Assembly (NCBI GenBank): GCA_033442325.1
Contig: JAWQFM010000006.1
Coordinates: forward strand, 1,480,961-1,544,793
Length of the DNA stretch: 63,833 nucleotides
Direction: 5' to 3'
Source of the DNA: Salpingoeca rosetta
Taxonomy: Eukaryota; Protista; Choanoflagellata
Notes under the pieces: model-generated
The model's database searches: none
Seen by the model: only the letters and a program-made list of their open reading frames with translations
Told to the model about the DNA's origin: nothing
Made by a program: the position numbers and the translations under genes
Shown: piece by piece, positions 46,209 to 63,833 of the stretch
Layout of the letters: each line of letters opens with the position of its first letter
Numbering within the stretch: the stretch's first letter is position 1

Positions 46209-48629
46209 TTTCTCTGCCTGTGTCCCTCGCTCACCCCTTTGTCCTCACCCCCTCTTCTGCCCTCTCCTCTGCACACGCGCACATGAAACGTTGGCAGGCG
46301 TCACGCGTGCTGAGAGGAACACCGCGAGCGCAACGCATGTTGGCTGCAGGCACAGCTCACCACCGCCAGCAAGCGTCGCCCCAGAACATCGACCAGCAGA
46401 CAGGCAGGCGCTGACGCCAGTGTGGCGCTTTTGACACAGGAACAACGTGCACACAAAAACACAGCACACACACACAGCACACACAACACACAAACAAACA
46501 CACAAACAGAGCACAAACACACAAACAGAGCACAAACACACTGAAAGTGAATCCTTGTTTGTTTTTGGTCGTGTCCGCTGAGCTGTTTGAAAGGCTTGTT
46601 TGTGTTTGTGGAAATTTTGTGAAACGATATTTGATGGAAGACATTAGTAAATGATCTGCGGTCACGACGCTCCGACGCCTTGACATGCGTTCTGGCCGCT
46701 GTCGGGGCAAAACGTGACCGTTGGTGCGAGTGGAGGCGCAATTTGCGTGCATGCACGTGCTCTTGTATCCACCGCCCTTTGTTCTCTCCAGTGGCTTGAA
46801 GTGTATGTTTCGCCAAGGCGCCCCGCGCGTGGGAAGTAGCGCAGCCGCATGTTGTTGCACATCCAGGACAAGGTTGCAAACGCGCTTTATAGCGGTGATT
46901 GGCCGCCACACACACGAATAGGCGGGATGGACGACTTTGGTTCCCAAGCCTACGCTGTTTCGCAGTTGCGTTTGCCTGTGCGCATTGCAGCTTCGCGCGC
47001 ATTGCCACGCTGTGGTGGGACAGTGTGGCTAGGCCCGAGGGGAAGCGTGGGAGGACGGCTACGACGACAGCCAGCAACCGACCAAACAAAACCACCAAAA
47101 GACGTGTGGTGTGAAAGGGAGTGATGTGGCGCAAGTGCAAAAATCGCCATCATGTGATGGCAGATGTGGGCGGAAGTGGGGGTGTTGCCACTTTGACACA
47201 AACAAAGGAGGAAGAGGATGGGAGGGGTGGCGAAGCAAACACACAATTATTTTGCACAAACGCGCACCAGGCGACGCGAAACCATCAAGCAGCACTGGCA
47301 CACGTCGGCAAGAAAGCTCACGAACGAAAAGTGCGGCCTGCATCGGTCCTTCTCCTGGCCCACCGACCCACACCACACACACACACGATTCCCAGCGCAC
47401 GTAAGCAAGTGCAAACACCATTGCGTCTCCCTGTCGCAAACGACATCAAGCCACGTCACATTACCCCACGGCACTGCGTCGACAAGCCTGATTGACTTTA
47501 TTGGCGTGTTTGGCTTCGTGGCAGTGTGATTGCTTGTTTGCTTGCTTGCGCCATCTCCGGGGTGCACGCGCGCGCACACCTTATCTTTTTTGTTTTTCTT
47601 CTGTTGTGCGCTTGCCTCCCACCGACGCCGTCCTCCGCCTGCCACTGCCGCTGTTGCTGGTGGGTCTGCCTTGCTTGCACGCTTTTGGTGGTTGTGCACT
47701 TGCGTGAGTTTTGGCTGATTGGGTGGTGTGCTCTCCTCACTTCCACGCCTGCGCCTGCCTTGTTTGTTGTTGCTACTTTGTTGCCTTGTTTTGCTCTTGC
47801 TGTCTGTTGCTTTTGTTTTGGCATTTGCTCTGTGTGTTTGTCTGCATGGGCGGGCAAGAAGCAACACCCTCCCGATAGACCATTCACAGCACCACACCCG
47901 CGCGCTTTGGTTGTTGTGTTGTTTTGTTTTGTTTTTGTTGTTGTTGTTTGTGTTGTTGGCTGCTTCTTATCGGCATCGCGCCATCGCTACCAGCCAGCCT
48001 TGTTGGGGGTACCTGCTTTGTTCGCGGTTTCCTCTCCGAGTTTGACGACGCAGCCGTAAGTTTGCGCAAGTGCATGCGTTTGTTTGGTTGGTTGGGAAGG
48101 GAAGGGGAGGGGGAGGGTGAGGGTGATGCACGCGACTGTCAATGTGGGTGGAGATGTTGCCGTGGATGCACGTGTTGTGTGTTTTGTGTGTGTGTGTGAA
48201 CGTTGTTGATGTGAGAGTGTGTGTGTGTGAACGTCGTTGATGTGAGTGAGTTGCATTCCTCGTCTCCACCGTCCACTATGACACACCCGCGCATGCAAGC
48301 ACACGCGTGATCAGAAACACAACGTCGCCTTCACGATCTCACATGCATGCATGCCATGCTGTCTCTGCTTCCTGCTGCTCGGCTGTGTGTGCGTGGTTGT
48401 GGTTGTGGTTGTTTGGCGTGTATTATCCGCCACCGACCCGCAAACATTTGCCACTTTGCGCTTCCATCCGCCACCACGTGTCACTGTGTGCTACCATCCG
48501 TCGACCAGCTGCCTTTCGTACTTGACGGCTTTTCATTCTCTTCCCCACTCCCCCCACGTTCGATTCTTCTTCTTCTTTCTTGTCCTCTTCTTTTTGCGCT
48601 CTGTCGCTGTCCTCAAAGAAAGGTCTACG

Positions 48630-50336
48630 ATGCCTGCCAACACTGCTGAGTCCGACACCGCCGCCGTCGTGACGGTGCCCCCACCAACCACGGCAACCAC
48701 GGGCGTGCCGCCACCGGCACAGGAGAAGGTCGCACCACCGCCAGCAACAAGCTCGGTGCCACCCCCGCCTCCACTCAGCCATCCTGTCTCCGTGCCTGCC
48801 AACGGCTCCGTCCAGCCGCCACCCGCTGCAACCAATGGCACTGTACGCCCCCACAAGCAGCGCACATCCAGCAGCCGCGAAGCAGAGGCCGAGGCCATGA
48901 AGCGCCGCGTCTTTGTCGGCAACATTGGCCGCCAGGTGCGTGTGTGTGTATGTTTATGTGTGCATGTCAGCTGTGTGAGCTGTGTGTGTGTGTGTGTGTG
49001 TACTGGTGTGGACTTGTGTGGGCTTGTGTAGGCTTGTGTGGACTTGTGTGGACTTGTGTGGACTTGTGTGGACTTGTGTGGACTTGTGTCTGTGTGTCTG
49101 TCTGTCTGTGTCCCGGTACTTGTGTATGTTGTGTTCACGTGTTTGCGTCGTTATTTTGCGCGTGCAATGGCTTCCTGCTGTTTTGTGTGCTTGATCCCTC
49201 TACCCTCGCCTTTCTACATCTCCCATTCGCCCTCACATTTCCTCCATCATCGTCTCTCTGGTGTGTTCACTGTCAGTGCACGGAGGAAGACATTCGCCGC
49301 CTCGTTGGCGACCAGTTTGGCCGGATTGAAAGCATCAACATCGTGCGCGATCACGTCAATCACCAGTCCAAGGGGTGCGTTGAACAGCGACTGTTGGGCA
49401 CATCATGCACGTTTGCTTGCAGGCAAGCAAATGTCACTCGTGCTGTTCTCATACCTGTGTGTGTGTGTGCATGGCACTTCTGCCGTTCCTGTGACAGATA
49501 CGGCTTTATTGCCTTTTCCACCGAAGAAGAGGCCAACCGCTGCATCGCTCTGGCCGAGGTGAGAGAGAGTGTGTGTGAGAGTGTGCGAGAGTGTGCTTGA
49601 GTGAGTGTGTGTGTCTGGCCGAGGTGAGAGAGAGTGAGTGTGAGAGTGTGTTTGAGAGAGAGAGAGAGTGTGTGTGTGTGTGTTTGTTCGTTTGTTTGCC
49701 CATGTGTGTGCGTTTCTCCTCTCATCCTGGCTCTCTTCGCCTTCTCACCCTCTCGTTCCTGTCCACAATCGCACGCAGCAACACCCCATCCACTTTCGTT
49801 CACGCCAGCTCAACTTCCGCGAGGCGCGCCGCCGCGAGCGCGGATCCGTGAGTGATGTGACCTGTCCTCTTCTTGTCTGTGTGTGTGTGGGTGTGGGTGT
49901 GGGTGTGGGTGTGGGTGTGGGTGTGGGTGTGTGTCTGTGACTGTGTCGTTGTTTGGTTGCTGCCGACTGGCTCTTGTTTTGATTGTGTACATGCGACAAA
50001 CCCCACCCCCACCCCACTCCTTGTTCCTTCCACCTTGCCACAGAGCGATCCACCGCGTCGTCGCATGCGCCAGCGGTCTCGTGGTGCCTCTCTTGATGCC
50101 TCCATGCACACCATGTATCCGCACAGTAAGTCGAAACACGTGATCGCATGTGTGTGTACTTGTGTGCAGTTGTGTCGTGCCGTACTTGCGCGTGCTTGCT
50201 TGCATGCACGCAGTTGTGACGCTCTGTTCGCTCACCACCACGTGTTGCAACTTGGCGTTGATTTGGACAGTGATGATGCCTGATCCCAACGGCGGCATGA
50301 TGGTGCGTGTTCGAGCACCGTGTGTGTGTGTGTGTC

Positions 50337-50367
<31 letters not shown>

Positions 50368-51254
50368 GAGAGAGAGAACGTTTTGTAGTTTGCTGTGTTA
50401 GCTGTCGCCTTTGCATGCATCGGCTTTGGCTGGTCACCTCAACCATACTGACACGGCACGTGTGGGGTTTTCTTCTTTCGTGGTTTGCACACCTGCTCAG
50501 CCCCCAATGGAAATGCAGATGTATGAGAACGGGGGCGTGATGCCCATGTACATGCACATGCAGGTACGACGCGTGAAATTTGCCTGTGTGCTCTTTCGTT
50601 CGTAGTCACTACCAAAGAGAACCGCTGCGCGTGCGTGCGTGCGTTTGAATGGTTGAGCCCCGCTGCGTGCACGCGGCAGCAGCGTAGTGCCCAGCACCAC
50701 TGTCATCCTCCTTTGTCCAAGTGCACACGTGCGCATGAGAACCAGTCCCATTTTTCAAGCCCTCAGCTCACGTACACCACACCGCACGCACACACGCACA
50801 CACATGTATATATGCACACATTACACACACACTGCACACATTACACACACACTGCACACACACACACACACACACACATACATACATACATACACACACA
50901 TTGCACACACTCTCTCTGCGCACACGCTTTCCACTGCGTACCAACAGCAGGGCTACCCGATGCCCAACGCGCCGCTGATGGGACACCACCATCCCCACGC
51001 TGGTCGTGCCGGTCTTGTGGGCCCGCCGCCGCCAAACAGCGCCCCGTACAGCCCCGTGTATGCTCACCCCACCATGTACAGCCAGCACCAGCCAGATGTA
51101 AGTGCGCGAGCGTGCATGCGTTCGCGCGCGTGTGAATGTGTGAATGCGTGTACGCGTGCGCACGTTACTCAAGATGGTTCAGCGATTTTTTTCTTCCACC
51201 TTCGCTTTGTTTCAAACACACTCATGCACACTACTGCACACCCTCACACACACT

Positions 51255-51314
<60 letters not shown>

Positions 51315-51540
51315 CGCGCATACACACATTTAGACGCACTTTGCCTTCTCGGGGATGATGCCGTATGCACCAGAGCAGCAGGCGCCCACACGCTACCAGC
51401 AAGCCTTCCCCGGCCAGCGGCCTCCACCTGTTGGCATCGTGCCCGGACACACGCACGGCCATGCCGCCGTCGACGACGCAACACAGGCCATGGCCGGCAT
51501 GAACCTTGGTGGCCACCCGCAGCCGCCACAGCAGAACTAA
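48630..51540 (+). CDS. Single-RRM RNA-binding protein, Boule/DAZ-like, with Pro/Tyr/Met/Gln-rich tail
   Basis: Spliced RRM KRRVFVGNIGRQ|CTEEDIRRLVGDQFGRIESINIVRDHVNHQSKG|YGFIAFSTEEEANRCIALAE|QHPIHFRSRQLNFREARRR. Later exons encode PMEMQMYENGGVMPMY and GYPMPNAP...PYSPVYAHPTMY. TAA at 51540. Confidence 0.7.
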
Positions 51541-52004
51541 CGGGAGTAACGCGGGGTTCCCAAAAGCAAGTTGCCCAACACACCCGAAGCGCAATCCATC
51601 CATCCATCAACCCATCCATCCATCCGTCCGTCCATCCATCCATCTCTCGCTCTCTCTGCGCCTCTCCACGTGTGTGGATGACTGCTTGCTGTTGCGTCGT
51701 CTCCTTTCTTGACCTCTCCCCCCGTTGTTGTTACGCTATCGACATGAGAAGTGATGCTGTGTGCCCTTGTGGCGCCTGGTTTTCCCTTCCATTGCGGCCT
51801 GTGGTCCTCCTCCAATGCTGCTGTTACCATTTTGTGTGTCTCCTATTCTCGTTACTGTCGTGAACATGGCAGCCGAATTGGCTGTTGATTGTCTGATTGT
51901 GTTCTTGTGCTGTGGCACTGTGGTAGCCCCCTCGTTCTCTTTGGTTGTCAGCTTTGTGCGCGCGTGTGTGTACGAATGTGTGTGTGTGTCTTACTTGTCG
52001 CTGA

Positions 52005-52040
<36 letters not shown>

Positions 52041-53204
52041 CTCCTACCTGATTGCTTCATGTGCGTGTGCAAGCGTGTGTCTGTACTGTCAGTTGTTTGT
52101 TGGCCTTGTTCGCTTCTTCTGTTTCTTTCTTCCTAATGTTCCTTTGGCTTGTGGTATGTGCAAGTGTGCTCACCTATTGTGCGCAGGGGATTGGTTTCCC
52201 ATATCGCGCTTCCTACGATGCATTGCAGACTACGCGTGACTGACTAGTCGAGTATCCTAGTGCGCTGTGTTTGCTGTCTTGCTGTTGTTGCTGTCGGATG
52301 TCGCCAGCCGTGTACCCTGGTCTCCCTGCCCCCCCCCCCCTGTGATCTCTTTGCTGTCTTTTTCTTGTGCTGTTGTGGTTGTTGCTCTTGGTTCTGTCCA
52401 GTTGTGTCCCTGTTTTGTCCCCTGCCTGGTGTGGCCCCTCTTCCTTGTGCTTGCTTGCCTTCCCCTTTTCTCCCCTCTTCTAATCGATTGGTCGTGATGT
52501 TTATCGCTTCTCCTCAGATACGCACGCGTTGTCCGTTCACATCTCCCCCCCCCAACACCATTTTCGCAAATGTATCGCAGTGGCTTGCAACCCCACCAAT
52601 ACATCAGCACCAACACCAACACCAACATGACACCAGCCAGCCATGCTTGCGTGCAACCCTTGTGTCTTCTGGTTTTGGTGCTGCTTCTCGACATGCTTCG
52701 TTCTTCGGTCTCTCTCTCTCTCTCTCATCTCCTTCATCAGCCCCTCTGTCAGCGACCCCAAGTCATCCCCCTTTCCATCTCTCGCTTCTTTTCTCTTTCT
52801 TCGTGGCCTCTGCTGCCATCCTCATTCATCATCATCGTGCTAGCTAGCTTTGGGCTTGTTGTGCTTGCAAGCAAGATAGCACCTTCTCTTCCAGTGTTTG
52901 TTTCTGCCACAAACATCGGTCATGGATGTTGTGCTGGCTCCCACGCTCGCTGATTCCTCTTCTTGCTTTCTCATCCCGACCTCCGCTTCGCTCCTCCCAC
53001 CACCTTTTCTTCTTCACTCATCCATTCATCCATTCATTCCTTCGTCCATCCATCACTCCCCCCCCCCAACTCGCCACTGCGTTTCAGGCGTCACTGCTGC
53101 GTTTCAGTTCACATGTGTACAGACACACTTTGTCTCGTGAGGGCGTCGTTGCCACGTGCCACGTGCCACGGGCAAAGCACAGAACAGATTAAACATCAAC
53201 ACCA

Positions 53205-53266
<62 letters not shown>

Positions 53267-53339
53267 GATGGGTACATGAGAGGGTCAAGTTGGGTGCGAG
53301 GCATTGGTTGTCGTAGCTGGTGCGACCACTTGGCCGTTG

Positions 53340-56756
<3,417 letters not shown>

Positions 56757-57789
56757 TCTTCGCAAGGGCCGGCTGAAGCGGCCACCCGGTTGAGATGCTG
56801 ATTCCTACCTCGCCATGCCTCGCCGCCCCACTAAGGTGGCTTGGCTTTCCTGGCTTGGTCTGGTTTCTGTGTGCGCGTGAGTTCTTTCATTAGACTCGCC
56901 CTCACAGGTCAGCGTTTCCTCTGGCATGGCTTGTCTTTGCTGGCATCTTTCCCCCCCCCCCCTTTTTGTGCCCGTTTCTCCTGCACACTGCTCCACTGCC
57001 TCCTCCTCCTCCTTGTCACGTTGTGATGAGAAAGCGAGGGGGGTTTTTTTTTGGACGGTGTGCTTTGTGGGTAAACGGCAGCTGCCCTGCCCCACATGCT
57101 TTTGCATGGTTTTGGTTATGCTTGGTGCGGCCAGCCCATGTCACCACCGCCATCCCGTTTTTCTTTTTTTCTCACGCGGGCTCAGGTGGGGGCTGGTAGT
57201 GGTTTGGATTGTCGTGTGGGTGTGCTGTGTGGGACGCAGCAGGTGTTTCTCTGGAGTTTTGAGGTGATTGCGGGCCAGCCGGCACCGATCAACGGGTTTT
57301 CCCTTTTCTTTCTTGCGTTTCTGTGGGCTGTGTGTGGTAGCCCACAAAACCAAGGCCCGGTCGGTTTGCGCTCACAGTCACCTCGCAGCCTTGTGATTTC
57401 CCTATTTCCCGCGGTTGCTCCATTGCCCTCGTTTCTGCTCCTCGCAGTATCCCAAAGCACCCACGCTGTTCTTCTTCCTGAGAGAGCAAGCGGCAGCCAG
57501 ACTCACGCTCGTGCCAAGCTTGGCAGGGCCACGGTGTTTGTCAACACCAAACCCCCCCAACCCAAACAAAAAGAAACGTACCGAGAGTGGTTGTTGTTGG
57601 TTGTTGTTGTTTAAGTTGTTGTTGTTTAAGTTGTTGTTGTTGTTGTTGTTGTTGTTGTTGCGTTTAGTGTAGCACACACACACATAGCAAAACGCTGGTG
57701 CGTTGTGTCAAGTGCTGTGTGTTTGACTGTGTTTGTTTCGTTTACTGTGCCATGTGGTATGTGATAGTGCTGCGGCTTCACATTCACGT

Positions 57790-61112
<3,323 letters not shown>

Positions 61113-61286
61113 CTCGCCTGAGACAACCACAAGCTTCAGAAGAGCAAGCAAGCAAGCTGAGCAAGTGGATGAGCGGTTCAGCAGTGAGCAGTTGCCGCCA
61201 AACACAAACAAAGTTGGGAAGAATGGGCATGACATTATATAATTTTCTGCGATCCAACAACGACGATGCAAACCACTCGCCGCATC
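61113..61286. promoter_or_regulatory. Probable bidirectional promoter between FGGY and xylulokinase
   Basis: Only 174 bp separate the divergent ATGs; contains an AT-rich ATTATATAATTTT patch at ~61234-61246. Confidence 0.6.
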
Positions 61287-63654
<2,368 letters not shown>

Positions 63655-63712
63655 TTGTGCGTTTACCCGTTGCTTGCATGCATCCGTGTACCCCGTGTAA
63701 TCCATGTGTGTC

Positions 63713-63805
<93 letters not shown>

Positions 63806-63833
63806 GGTGTGTGTGGGTGGGTGTGGGTGTGTA

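Noticed and set aside
46058-48629. Long intergenic region that could hide an ncRNA or small gene
   Set aside because: No tRNA, rRNA or snRNA signature and no convincing ORF seen; probably RIF1 3'UTR plus promoter and 5'UTR of the RRM gene.

Overview
Gene-dense, intron-rich eukaryotic DNA with microsatellite-filled introns and three assembly gaps. Style and gene content suggest a choanoflagellate such as Salpingoeca (inference). Ten spliced protein-coding genes were reconstructed by hand: a 5'-truncated Shank-like scaffold (+), a JmjC-containing type I membrane protein (+), a USP19-like deubiquitinase (+), condensin I kleisin CAP-H (+), a gelsolin/severin-annexin fusion (+), RIF1 (+), a Boule/DAZ-like RRM protein (+), a possible HAUS3-like coiled-coil protein (-), and a head-to-head pair of FGGY-family kinases, D-ribulokinase-like FGGY (-) and xylulokinase (+, 3'-truncated). 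The best candidate for an undescribed system is the gene at 6808-12591. Its order is signal peptide, ribosomal-oxygenase-type JmjC dioxygenase with an intact metal triad, furin-type RQKR site, about 40-Cys C[D/N]xx repeat array, EGF/TNFR-like and Sushi modules, LAMP/Ac45-like domain, Thr mucin stalk, TM helix and a tail with several Tyr motifs. This layout suggests a receptor carrying a cleavable enzyme that modifies its own ectodomain. Other notable items are the in-frame gelsolin-annexin fusion, a Shank with WH2 motifs and an acidic tail in place of SH3/SAM, and strand-polarised (GT)n...(CA)n introns. Family assignments come from motif recognition only; no searches were run.
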